From the NCBI GenBank assembly GCA_050253075.1, contig JBFWJS010000002.1, forward strand, positions 64,001 to 128,000: a stretch of DNA of 64,000 bases, written 5' to 3'. The notes beneath the pieces were generated by a model, which was given only the letters and a program-made list of their open reading frames with translations, was not told where the DNA came from and ran no database searches. The stretch comes from Deferribacterales bacterium (GTDB lineage Bacteria > Chrysiogenota > Deferribacteres > Deferribacterales > Geovibrionaceae). Both the position numbers and the translations under genes were made by a program. Below are positions 41,590 through 51,131 of this stretch, one piece after another (the first letter of the stretch is position 1; every line of letters begins with the position of its first letter).

Positions 41590-41668
41590 GTCACTGCGAG
41601 CGGAGCGCGGCAGTCTTCCAGCATAGCAGCATGGAAGATTGCTTCACCCTGAAGGGTTCGCAATGACG
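41590..41668. repeat. CGTC-type palindromic element
   Basis: GTCACTGCGAGC...GTTCGCAATGACG. Confidence 0.72.
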
Positions 41669-41677
41669 TATTAAATT

Positions 41678-42199
41678 TTACTCAACCACTGCGAGTTTAT
41701 CGCCTGTGGATACAGTCTGATCAAGCTCTACGAATATGTCTTCAACGACGCCGTCCTTAGGAGCTTTGATCTCGTTCTCCATCTTCATGGCTACAAGGAT
41801 CATGAGCGGTTCGCCCGCTTTAACTTCCTGACCTTTCTCCACGAGTATCTTCCAGATGTATCCAGGCATCTGAGATTCGATAACCTGACGTCCTTCGAGA
41901 CCTGCGGAGTGACGCATCTTCATAAGACGCTTCATCTCGTCGAGAACTTCGATAGCGAAGTGGTCTCCGTTTTCCATAAGGATGTTGAAGATGTCGCCCT
42001 TCTCATCTATCTCCATAGCGTATGACTTACCGTCTATGATGATGGAATAAACGGAATCGCCCGCCATAGCAAAGTCTATCTCATGCTTGCGTCCGTCTAT
42101 TTCGATGACGAAATGGTTCTGTGTATCTTCACAAAGGTTGACGATGTATTCCTGCTCACCGCCGTCTATTGTTGCGTAGTATTGTCTTTTCAGTATCAT
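41678..42199 (-). CDS. Biotin carboxyl carrier subunit
   Basis: AMKMENEI biotinylation motif. Confidence 0.92.
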   Translation of the reverse strand: MILKRQYYATIDGGEQEYIVNLCEDTQNHFVIEIDGRKHEIDFAMAGDSVYSIIIDGKSYAMEIDEKGDIFNILMENGDHFAIEVLDEMKRLMKMRHSAGLEGRQVIESQMPGYIWKILVEKGQEVKAGEPLMILVAMKMENEIKAPKDGVVEDIFVELDQTVSTGDKLAVVE

Positions 42200-43728
42200 T
42201 AGAAACCACCTCCGAGCTTGTTACCCAGGCTGGTCATACGTCCGAATTTCTTCCAGTTTGACTCGCCTACATCGCGTCTTGTAACGCTTCTCTCAGCTGC
42301 GATCTTCTCAGAGAGAACCTGCTTGATGGCTGCCGCTATGATAGGTACATCGACATCCTCGTTACGCTTTCTCTTCATGTCTTCCATGTCGAACTTTGTG
42401 TCGATGAAAGCTGTATCGTAGTTCCCCGCAAGGAATGTCTCGTTTTCGAGAACACGCTTGTGGAATGGGATGGATGTTTTGATACCGCATATTTTATATT
42501 CGGAAAGGATACGCTTCATGCTTGTGATGGCGCTCTCTCTCGTCTTACCGATGGCACAAACCTTTGCGATCATCGGGTCATAGTAGAGAGGCACTTCGAA
42601 GCCTGCGTATGCACCGGAGTCCACACGAACGTTCGGTCCTTCAGGAGACTCGTAAACTGTGATAAGTCCCGGTGACGGAGCAAAGTTGTTCATAGGATCT
42701 TCGGCATAAACACGGCACTCGATGGCGTGTCCCTGTCTCTGTATCTCTTCCTGCTGGAATGAGATAGGCTTGCCCTCTGCGATCTGGATCATCTCACGGA
42801 CGATATCCACACCTGTGATGAGCTCTGTAACAGGGTGCTCAACCTGAAGACGTGTGTTCATCTCGAGGAAGTAGAAGTTCTGGTCTGCGCCGACGATGAA
42901 CTCGAGTGTTCCCGCTGACTCATAGCCGATAGCCTTAACGGCTTTAACGGCAACTTCGTACATTTTCGCCCTTGTGTCGTCGTTGATGAACGGTGACGGA
43001 GCTTCCTCGATAACTTTCTGGTGGCGTCTCTGGATGGAGCACTCACGCTCGAAGAGGTGGATGCCGTTCCCGTGGGAGTCACCGAGAACCTGAATCTCAA
43101 CGTGGTGAGGCTCTATGATGAACTTTTCGATATACATATCGCCGTTGCCGAAAGCGTTCTGCGCCTCGGAGCTGGCCATACGGTATGAAGACTCGAAGTC
43201 TGCCTCGTCATGGACGAGTCTCATACCCTTACCGCCGCCGCCGTGTACGGCTTTCAGCATGATAGGGTAGCCAACTTCAAGAGCTGTCTTCTTAGCTGCT
43301 TCTACATCTGTGATGGCATCTTTTGTACCCGGTACAACAGGTACGCCTGCTTCCATCATAGCTTTACGGGCACCTGTCTTAGAACCCATAAGGATGATGT
43401 GCTCAGCCTTTGGTCCGATGAAAGGTATGCCGTTGTTTTCACAATCTTTAACGAAGTTCGCATTCTCGGCATAGAAACCGTATCCGGGGTGGATAGCAGC
43501 GCCGAGCTCTTTTGCGAGCTGGATTATCTTTTCCTGCTTCAGATAGCTTGTATCTTCGGGGCCGTCTGTGATGCAGTAGGCCTCGTCAGCGTATCTGACA
43601 TGGGGAGCCAGTCTGTCCGCATGTGTGTATATGGCTACTGTGCCTATACCCATCTTACGGCATGTTCTGAAAACCCTTATTGCTATTTCGCCTCTGTTGG
43701 CGACGAGAACTTTTTTAATATCAGCCAT
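42199..43728 (-). CDS. Biotin carboxylase subunit of acyl-CoA (probably propionyl-CoA) carboxylase
   Basis: ANRGEIA, GGGGKG, ERECSIQRRHQK, EMNTRLQVEH. Confidence 0.93.
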   Translation of the reverse strand: MADIKKVLVANRGEIAIRVFRTCRKMGIGTVAIYTHADRLAPHVRYADEAYCITDGPEDTSYLKQEKIIQLAKELGAAIHPGYGFYAENANFVKDCENNGIPFIGPKAEHIILMGSKTGARKAMMEAGVPVVPGTKDAITDVEAAKKTALEVGYPIMLKAVHGGGGKGMRLVHDEADFESSYRMASSEAQNAFGNGDMYIEKFIIEPHHVEIQVLGDSHGNGIHLFERECSIQRRHQKVIEEAPSPFINDDTRAKMYEVAVKAVKAIGYESAGTLEFIVGADQNFYFLEMNTRLQVEHPVTELITGVDIVREMIQIAEGKPISFQQEEIQRQGHAIECRVYAEDPMNNFAPSPGLITVYESPEGPNVRVDSGAYAGFEVPLYYDPMIAKVCAIGKTRESAITSMKRILSEYKICGIKTSIPFHKRVLENETFLAGNYDTAFIDTKFDMEDMKRKRNEDVDVPIIAAAIKQVLSEKIAAERSVTRRDVGESNWKKFGRMTSLGNKLGGGF

Positions 43729-43743
43729 TATGTCCTCCATTCA

Positions 43744-45288
43744 TTAAAGCGGCAGGTTGTCGTGCTTTTTAGCCGGGTTTGTCTGCCTTTTGTTTGAAAG
43801 GAGTTCAAATGCCTGAATGATCTTAGGTCTTGTGTCCTCAGGGAGGATGACCTCATCTATGAATCCGAGCTCTGCTGCTCTGTATGGATTCGCAAATGTC
43901 TCACGGTAGGCGTCTACTTTTTCCTTCTTCGCAGCTACAGGATCTTCAGCGGAAGCGATAGCCTTGCCGAAGAGGATCTGTGCAGCACCGTCAGGACCCA
44001 TAACAGCGATCTCAGCCGTAGGGAATGCATAGTTGATGTCGCCGCGTACGTGTTTTGAGCTCATAACGTCATATGCGCCGCCGTATGCCTTACGTGTGAT
44101 GACAGTAACCTTAGGCACTGTAGACTCGCAGTAAGCATAGAGAAGCTTCGCACCGTGACGGATGATACCGCCGAGCTCCTGTTTAACGCCTGGCATGAAG
44201 CCTGGAACGTCTTCAAGAGTGAGAAGCGGGATGTTGAAAGCATCGCAGAATCTGATGAATCTGGCGCCTTTAACAGATGAATCTATGTCGAGAGCACCGG
44301 CCATGATAGCAGGCTGGTTCGCTACGATACCGACGGAACGTCCGTTCAGACGGGCGAAACCGACGATGATATTCTTAGCAAAGTGTTCCTGAACCTCGAA
44401 GAAGTTGCCGTCATCGACGATCTTCGCGATGACTTCCTTCATGTCGTATGGTTTGTTCGGGTCAGCAGGAACGATAGTTCTGAGGGATTCCTCAGTTCTG
44501 TTCGGATCATCTTTAGTGGGAACAACAGGAGCTTCCTCCATGTTGTTAGAAGGGATGAAGCTGAGCAGCTCTCTGATTCTCAGAAGAGCGTCCTCATCGT
44601 TCTCAGCAGCGAAATGCGCAACGCCTGATGTGGAGTTGTGTGTCATGGCTCCGCCGAGTTCTTCTTTTGTAACATCTTCGGATGTAACAGTTTTAACAAC
44701 TTCCGGTCCTGTGATGAACATATAGGATGTGTCCTTCACCATGAATGTGAAGTCTGTAAGCGCAGGTGAATAAACCGCACCGCCCGCACATGGTCCCATG
44801 ATAGCGGATATCTGTGGTACAACACCTGAAGAAAGTGAGTTACGGAGGAAGATGTCTGCATATCCTGCAAGGGAGAGCACCCCTTCCTGAATACGCGCAC
44901 CGCCCGAGTCATTAAGACCGATGACCGGACATCCGAGTTCCATAGCTTTGTCCATTATCTTGCATATCTTCTTTGCAAACTGTTCTGCAAGTGAACCGCC
45001 GAAAACTGTGAAATCCTGAGAGAATACGAAAACTGTTCTGCCGTTAACTTTTCCGTATCCTGTCACTACTCCGTCGCCGAGGAACTTTGTCTGTTCCATG
45101 CCGAAATTACTGCATCTGTGTACAGCATATTTGTCGAATTCGACGAAAGTGCCTTTATCGAGCAGCTTATCGATTCTCTCGCGGGCAGTGAGCTTGCCCT
45201 GCTTATGCTGCTTTTCGATACGGGCAACACCACCGCCGAGCTCAGCAGCTGCATTGAGCTCCTGTAGCTGTTTGATCTTTTCTTCCAT
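43744..45288 (-). CDS. pccB: Propionyl-CoA carboxylase beta (carboxyltransferase) subunit
   Basis: [36 protein letters not shown]. Confidence 0.92.
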   Translation of the reverse strand: MEEKIKQLQELNAAAELGGGVARIEKQHKQGKLTARERIDKLLDKGTFVEFDKYAVHRCSNFGMEQTKFLGDGVVTGYGKVNGRTVFVFSQDFTVFGGSLAEQFAKKICKIMDKAMELGCPVIGLNDSGGARIQEGVLSLAGYADIFLRNSLSSGVVPQISAIMGPCAGGAVYSPALTDFTFMVKDTSYMFITGPEVVKTVTSEDVTKEELGGAMTHNSTSGVAHFAAENDEDALLRIRELLSFIPSNNMEEAPVVPTKDDPNRTEESLRTIVPADPNKPYDMKEVIAKIVDDGNFFEVQEHFAKNIIVGFARLNGRSVGIVANQPAIMAGALDIDSSVKGARFIRFCDAFNIPLLTLEDVPGFMPGVKQELGGIIRHGAKLLYAYCESTVPKVTVITRKAYGGAYDVMSSKHVRGDINYAFPTAEIAVMGPDGAAQILFGKAIASAEDPVAAKKEKVDAYRETFANPYRAAELGFIDEVILPEDTRPKIIQAFELLSNKRQTNPAKKHDNLPL

Positions 45289-45485
45289 TATATGGCCCCC
45301 TCTTAGTGGTTATAACGTCTAATAATAAAACATAATTTAAATTTTTTGTCAACAATCAAAAAATACACAAACCGAGACACATAGAAACATATTTACCCCT
45401 ACTTATCAGTAACTTACAAATAAAAGTTTGAGTTAAATTTTACATTAATAGTTAACGCCGATAACTTATGCATATTGATATTTTG

Positions 45486-46118
45486 TTAGAAATTAAAACC
45501 TTCATAAAAGGTTTCTAAATTGAGAACTGCCTTTTTAAAATCCCATTCTTGTTCTGAACGTATGCCACAAAAATTTGAAACGGCTCTTATCTGATAACAC
45601 TTTATTCCAAATAACTTACAAACATATCCGAAAGATGCTCCCTCCATATTCTCAACCTGAGCCCCTGTTGATTTATGAAGAATCTGAGAAATTGCACCAT
45701 TTCCATCTAAAAATGAAACTGTATTAGAATCCGCATTTTGCAGATGTTTGATTTCATTGAACATTATAAAACTCTTTTCTAAAAAGCCAAACCCCATTTC
45801 AAATACGGATTTGAATGTTTCGCCCTCATAGAGCCCTTCGTCTGCGAAATGATCCTTCCCGACGGAAACAATGTCGCCCACCGCCAGACCGCAGTTCCTG
45901 TAGGCTCCGCACACACCCGTGAGCAGTGCTTCCGTGATATCAAAGTTTTCAAAAACAGACGTCGCAGCCGCTGCGCAAGGCGTCTTTGTCACTCCGGTGA
46001 TAAAGACTTTATACCCTTCGGCATCTGCAGTACTGATCCCTCTTTTCCATTCTTTGAACGAAAGTTTCGGGAAAATGAACTTAGCCTCCCCCATAGAAGG
46101 CACAAAGACTGCTTTCAT
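45486..46118 (-). CDS. mqnB: Futalosine hydrolase-like (PNP/UDP fold)
   Basis: ENMEGA, QIRAVSN..G.R...WD. Confidence 0.8.
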   Translation of the reverse strand: MKAVFVPSMGEAKFIFPKLSFKEWKRGISTADAEGYKVFITGVTKTPCAAAATSVFENFDITEALLTGVCGAYRNCGLAVGDIVSVGKDHFADEGLYEGETFKSVFEMGFGFLEKSFIMFNEIKHLQNADSNTVSFLDGNGAISQILHKSTGAQVENMEGASFGYVCKLFGIKCYQIRAVSNFCGIRSEQEWDFKKAVLNLETFYEGFNF

Positions 46119-46994
46119 CTAAAACTCCTCATAAAAGTCAGGATACTCGTTAAGTATACCACGGGTTTCCATCATTCTGCGGGTTTCTGATATCTGGGCT
46201 AGGAGCCTCTCTTTGTCCTGAGACAGTCTGCCCGAAAGGGGTACAAAGTTGGATACATGATTAGACCTGAAGATTATATTATGCCCGTCCACACGGCTGA
46301 TGATCCCCTCTGTTTCATCGAGGATATCCGCCATGGTCGGCTTTTCGAGATTGTTGAAGTAGTCTTTCTTTCTACGCAGAAAGAGCGTCAGAAAAGACAT
46401 AAAGTCAGGGTTCACCTCGCTGACCCATTTAGCCGAGTCTTCAATGTGTGCCTGTTTGAGCTTTTTCCCGCCTCCGCCGAGGATTATCATAACGGAGAAC
46501 TGCATGCCGACTGCCTTTATCTCTTTCACTTTCGGCATAACTTTAAATGCGTCCATCCCTTTGTTCATGAGCTTCAGTACTTCTTTATTCCCTGATTCCA
46601 GTCCGAAATAAAGTAGCTTCAGCCCTGCATCATAAAGAGACTGCCATTCGTCCATCGGCTTTTTCATTATCGCCTGCGGACCGCAGTAAGAGCTGTATCT
46701 GCGTATGTTCGGGAATTTCTTATTCATGTGTTCGAGTATCTGCAGAAGCCCCTCTGTGGGATAAACGGCAGCATCGCCGTCCGCCAGAAAAACCTTATGC
46801 ACACGCTTTGCGTAATGCTCCGGTATCTCGTCCACCTCTTTCATGACCTCTTCTACCGGTTTCAGCTTAAAAGGCTTTGAAAGATACATCCCGCAAAAGG
46901 CGCATTTGTTGTATGAACATCCTTCCGTTATCTGAAAGATGAGCGACTGAGCCTCACTTGGCGGTCTGTAAAGCGGTTCTTTATAGTTCGGCAT
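46119..46994 (-). CDS. Uncharacterised radical SAM protein
   Basis: YRPPSEA, CSYNKCAFC, FLADGD, FRSNHVSN. Confidence 0.9.
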   Translation of the reverse strand: MPNYKEPLYRPPSEAQSLIFQITEGCSYNKCAFCGMYLSKPFKLKPVEEVMKEVDEIPEHYAKRVHKVFLADGDAAVYPTEGLLQILEHMNKKFPNIRRYSSYCGPQAIMKKPMDEWQSLYDAGLKLLYFGLESGNKEVLKLMNKGMDAFKVMPKVKEIKAVGMQFSVMIILGGGGKKLKQAHIEDSAKWVSEVNPDFMSFLTLFLRRKKDYFNNLEKPTMADILDETEGIISRVDGHNIIFRSNHVSNFVPLSGRLSQDKERLLAQISETRRMMETRGILNEYPDFYEEF

Positions 46995-46998
46995 TGAT

Positions 46999-47853
46999 TT
47001 AGAACACTTGGGTTATTATATCTTCCGTTGCTGCGGATTTATTCAGAGTGTAAAAGTGCAGCCCGTTCACTCCGCTGGACCAGAGCCCTCCGCACTGCTT
47101 AACCGCAAACTCGATGCCCATCTTATACTGGTCTTCGGGTGTTGCGTCCTGCATTTTCTGCAGGAGCGGTTTCGGTAAGGATGCTCCGCACATATCAGTG
47201 AACCTCACTGCCTGATTTATATTGAGGATAGGCATGATACCTGCGATCACAGGTACCTCTATCCCTGCTTTACGTATCCTCTCCAGATAGTTGTAGAAAA
47301 AGAAGTTATCGAAGAAAAGCTGAGTGATGATGAAGTCTGCGCCTTCGTCCACCTTCTTCTTCAGATTGTCGATGTCGTCAGACATGCTGGCAGACTCGGG
47401 GTGCTTTTCGGGATAGCCCGCAACACCGATGGAGAACCTGTCGCCGGTCTTCTTACGTATGTATCTGACAAGGTCGGACGCATAGCGGAAATCATCTGAA
47501 AGAGCTTTACTGCCTGCCTCCGGAGGTATATCGCCACGGAGAGCGAGTATGTTGTCTATCTTAAGCACGTCTAAGCTGTGGAGGATCTTATCTATCCCCT
47601 CCTCTTCTGCCCCGATGCATGTAAGATGCATCATAACGCTGTAGTCGTATGCGTGCTTCATAGTCTTTGTCCATTCGAGGGTTTTATCTGTCGTGGAGCC
47701 GCCCGCACCGTATGTCACAGAGACAAAGTCGGGGTTGTATTTACGAAGCTGTTTTATGGTATCAAAAAGCACCAGCTCGCTCTCTTCCTTCTTCGGAGGG
47801 AAGAATTCGAACGAAAACGGGCGCTTATGCTGTAATATATCTTTGATTCTCAT
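46999..47853 (-). CDS. metF: 5,10-methylenetetrahydrofolate reductase
   Basis: SFEFFPPK, VTYGAGG, LALRGD, ITQLFF, HFYTLN. Confidence 0.96.
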   Translation of the reverse strand: MRIKDILQHKRPFSFEFFPPKKEESELVLFDTIKQLRKYNPDFVSVTYGAGGSTTDKTLEWTKTMKHAYDYSVMMHLTCIGAEEEGIDKILHSLDVLKIDNILALRGDIPPEAGSKALSDDFRYASDLVRYIRKKTGDRFSIGVAGYPEKHPESASMSDDIDNLKKKVDEGADFIITQLFFDNFFFYNYLERIRKAGIEVPVIAGIMPILNINQAVRFTDMCGASLPKPLLQKMQDATPEDQYKMGIEFAVKQCGGLWSSGVNGLHFYTLNKSAATEDIITQVF

Positions 47854-47933
47854 GGTCACGTCCTAAAATTTGTCTTTCATACTAATACACACAGTTTATT
47901 GACTGCAAGCTGTTTTTATGGGATTATCTTCTC

Positions 47934-48503
47934 ATGATAACAACTATATACCGCAAAATATTACTTATATTCATTATATATGTTCTGACACTGAATGCAC
48001 TCACATTTCTCACGTCGCTTAGCCCGAAAGCGCTGATCAATCCGTTTTTCGTTAAAAACCGCACCGTCAGCATGTACCACCTGACAAAGCACATCGTCTT
48101 CGTGGCGGGGATAGGCTTCATCACATCCAGCCCCGAAGAGGTGAACGAAATGGTTCAGGACGCATGCCTCATATATGAAGTAGACCCGAAGCTGATACAC
48201 ATCATGATAGAGGTGGAATCCAAAGGCAGACAGTTCGCCATCAGCAGAACAGGCGCAATGGGGCTCATGCAGGTGATGCCCACCACATTCTTTGACATTT
48301 CAACGGGCGATCCGTTCCTTGCTAAAGATAATATTTATGCAGGGGTGAAGTATTTCTCTATGCAGCTTAAGAGGTTTAAAAGTGTCGAACTGGCTCTCGC
48401 CGCTTATAACGCAGGCCCGCAGAGGGTAAAAGACGGAAAAGTGCCTGATTTCGGTGAAACCAGACACTATATAAAACGTATTCTTACTGCTTACAATAAG
48501 TAG
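47934..48503 (+). CDS. Lytic transglycosylase (SLT domain)
   Basis: VES, GAMGLMQVMP, LAAYNAG, ETRHY. Confidence 0.92.
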   Translation: MITTIYRKILLIFIIYVLTLNALTFLTSLSPKALINPFFVKNRTVSMYHLTKHIVFVAGIGFITSSPEEVNEMVQDACLIYEVDPKLIHIMIEVESKGRQFAISRTGAMGLMQVMPTTFFDISTGDPFLAKDNIYAGVKYFSMQLKRFKSVELALAAYNAGPQRVKDGKVPDFGETRHYIKRILTAYNK

Positions 48504-48796
48504 ATTTATTTGCTGTCCTAGCAAATAAATTCGCGTCGATAAGGCAGAACAAGTACTGCCTATCTCCCTCTCCGCTGAAACCTGCGGTTCGCTCCGAGAG
48601 GCACATCCCTGTACCTGTTAATAGATTTATTCACTGTCCTAGCAAATAAATTCGCGTCGATAAGGCAGAACAAGTACTGCCTATCTCCCTCTCCGCTGAA
48701 ACCTGCGGTTCGCTCCGAGAGGCACATCCCTGTACCTGTTAATAGATTTATTTGCTGTCCTAGCAAATAAATTCGCGTCGATATGGCAGAACAAGT
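48501..48796. repeat. 121-bp tandem repeat, about 2.4 copies
   Basis: TAGATTTATT recurs at 48501, 48622 and 48743; units nearly identical. Confidence 0.95.
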
Positions 48797-48798
48797 TA

Positions 48799-48834
48799 GC
48801 CATTGCAAGCAAACGCTATACTCCTCGCAATGAC
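48799..48834. repeat. Degenerate CGTC-type element
   Basis: GCCATTGCAAG...CTCCTCGCAATGAC. Confidence 0.6.
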
Positions 48835-48843
48835 TTCGCTGTC

Positions 48844-50856
48844 CTATTCAGGGCTTTTAGCGTCCATTATCTGGTCAATGAAATATTCTGCCTGCAGCTT
48901 TGCCCCGTTAATACTGAGGTGGTCGTCGTCTCTGTAAAGGAGCAAGCCGTCCTTCATCGCATAGCATGAAGTCCCGTCACAGAAGAGCTTTTCAGGGTCA
49001 AGCACATTGACCTTATTATACTTTCCTGCGATATCCATAACACGGGCTCTGAATGCCCCTGCTCTATCCACATAATCTTTATAGCTGATGCTGCAGTCAG
49101 GATTCTTTATACCCAGCCCGTATGGTCTTGAAATACAGTCATTTTTCGGTTCAAAGCCGAGCTCAGGGTTTTCCATGATAAAATAGAAATCATACTTTTG
49201 GTCATTAAAATAAGCTAAGGTCTTGTCCAGTTTGTCGAAGAAAAGCTCTGCGTTATTATAATCTTTCGCACCGTCATAATACTCTCTGAAAGCACGGAAG
49301 GTATATTCTTCGGAACCAAAGCCCGTGCCGTAGGCATATGACTGCCCTCTTCCGACAAAGATGAGCTTTTCAATGTTGTCGAAGCTCTCGATGAAGGCGT
49401 ATACATCTTTGATCTTTTCCGAGCACTGCTCAAGGATTTCTCTGTCTTCGCCTATTTCACCGTTTATAAGCGGGATGCACCCGCTGTTTGCCACTAAGAC
49501 AGCTTCGTATCCGTTATTTTGCAGATAGTCCTTAAAACCTGCATAGGCGGCAAGTGCGTGACTGTCGCCCACAAGTGCGACATATTTCTTATCTTTATCA
49601 ACGCTTGTCGCTTTCAGATAGTTATTCCTCGGCTCGTGGGTCAGAACAGATGATACAAGCTCCTTTCCGCTCTTATCCTTGCCCGAAGGACGTTTAAGCT
49701 GTTCCTGAAAGTTCTGATCTATATTAAATTGAGGTCTGTTCGGCATGCCGTCCATATCTCTGACGTGCTGTGCAGTTGCTGCAAGGCATCCTGCAAGCAC
49801 CAGAAGCAGTATCATAAACTTATAGCTTTTGATGCCTCTTGTGTAATATTCCAGAAATCTGTAAGTCAGATACGCCAGAAGTACCGACACGAAAACAACG
49901 GCGAGACCATACTTTTCCACATCGATAGCGAGGATATGTAGGTAGCTGATGATGACATAGTGCCAGAGATACAGCGGATAACTGATAAGCCCGAGGAAAA
50001 CCAGAGGATAAAACGAGAACAGCTTCTGCTCCGGTTTGAAAGACACCAGAAGCACAGTGAAGCTGGTGGATATGATGAGCACTATGGTCTTCCACGTGCT
50101 GTAATTGTCGGTGTTGTAGCCTATGAGCATACCAAAGATGAAAAACATTATGATAGCCCATTGGTATTTGCCTATTTTATTAATATCCTTAACCTTTGTG
50201 GTGGCGGCGTATGTCAGTCCGCCGAAGGACAGCTCCCAGAATCTTGAAATAGAATGGAAAAAGAGATCCACATGGAAAAGGTGAGGAAGCACCATAAGAA
50301 CCAGAGTGATAGCCAGCATCGAGTAAAAGAAATCACGTCTCAGCCGGTAGACGATTATTATAACCGTCGGCCACAGCAGGTAATACTGCTCTTCGATAGA
50401 GAGCGACCAGTAGTGCAGCAGAGGCTTCAGATGTGCGGAAGAGTCCCAGTATCCCACCTCATACATCAGACGAAAGTTCTGATAAAAGAGGCTGGATGAC
50501 TTAACGTGCTTCGCAACTGTCTCGAACTCTGACGGGATAAGGAAAAACCAGCCCAAAGCCAGCGCCGCAGAAGTGACCAGCAGCATCGAAGGGAATATCC
50601 TCCGAACCCTGTTACGGTAAAATTCCTTAAAGCTGAAATCATCTTTCTTCAGCTTGTTATATATGATCTGCGTTATCAGGTATCCCGAGATAACGAAAAA
50701 TACGTCGACACCCACATAGCCGAAAGCAAATAAGTCCGGCCATATGTGGAAAATGAGAACCACACCGACGGCTATACCCCTGAGCCCGTCTATGGCTCTG
50801 TTATAGGAAAGAGAGTGTTTAGCAACAGGGAAAAATCTTGCTAAATAATCAAACAT
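48844..50856 (-). CDS. Acyltransferase-3 plus SGNH O-acetyltransferase (OafA/OatA-like)
   Basis: DGLRGIAV, GVDVFFVISG, HYWSLSIEEQYY, GDSHA, DDDH. Confidence 0.92.
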   Translation of the reverse strand: MFDYLARFFPVAKHSLSYNRAIDGLRGIAVGVVLIFHIWPDLFAFGYVGVDVFFVISGYLITQIIYNKLKKDDFSFKEFYRNRVRRIFPSMLLVTSAALALGWFFLIPSEFETVAKHVKSSSLFYQNFRLMYEVGYWDSSAHLKPLLHYWSLSIEEQYYLLWPTVIIIVYRLRRDFFYSMLAITLVLMVLPHLFHVDLFFHSISRFWELSFGGLTYAATTKVKDINKIGKYQWAIIMFFIFGMLIGYNTDNYSTWKTIVLIISTSFTVLLVSFKPEQKLFSFYPLVFLGLISYPLYLWHYVIISYLHILAIDVEKYGLAVVFVSVLLAYLTYRFLEYYTRGIKSYKFMILLLVLAGCLAATAQHVRDMDGMPNRPQFNIDQNFQEQLKRPSGKDKSGKELVSSVLTHEPRNNYLKATSVDKDKKYVALVGDSHALAAYAGFKDYLQNNGYEAVLVANSGCIPLINGEIGEDREILEQCSEKIKDVYAFIESFDNIEKLIFVGRGQSYAYGTGFGSEEYTFRAFREYYDGAKDYNNAELFFDKLDKTLAYFNDQKYDFYFIMENPELGFEPKNDCISRPYGLGIKNPDCSISYKDYVDRAGAFRARVMDIAGKYNKVNVLDPEKLFCDGTSCYAMKDGLLLYRDDDHLSINGAKLQAEYFIDQIMDAKSPE

Positions 50857-50891
50857 AAGAACCTCATAAAAATGTCATTTTAGTCTATACA

Positions 50892-51131
50892 ATTTGCCGT
50901 CAAATAAACTGTCACTGCGCATATATACGGATCAGATTGCCGTGTCGCAAAGCTCCTCGCAATGACATAAATGTCTTTAATAACGTGTAAGCACATCCAT
51001 TACAGATTTATCATATTTATTTGCCGTCAAATAAACCGTCACTGCTCATATATACGGATCAGATTGCCACGTCGCAAAGCTCCTCGCAATGACATAAATG
51101 TCTTTAATAACGTGTAAGCACATCCATTACA
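50892..51131. repeat. Direct duplication, 127-bp period, each copy containing a CGTC-type element
   Basis: 50892-51004 matches 51019-51131 with few mismatches. Confidence 0.93.

Noticed and set aside
41433..41663. 76-aa ORF between biotin carrier and mutase
   Set aside because: Runs through a palindromic repeat and a terminator; likely spurious.
45434..45464. Sigma-28 promoter (GCCGATAA)
   Set aside because: TAAA spacing is 19, not 15, and no plus-strand gene follows.
47854..47933. SAM riboswitch upstream of metF
   Set aside because: Only 80 bp, AT-rich, occupied by promoter-like motifs; no aptamer signature.
48501..48796. CRISPR array
   Set aside because: Sequence between the hairpins is essentially identical in each unit, so there are no unique spacers; no cas genes in the window.
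48560..48808. 82-aa ORF inside the tandem array
   Set aside because: Just the translated repeat; no RBS or recognisable domain.
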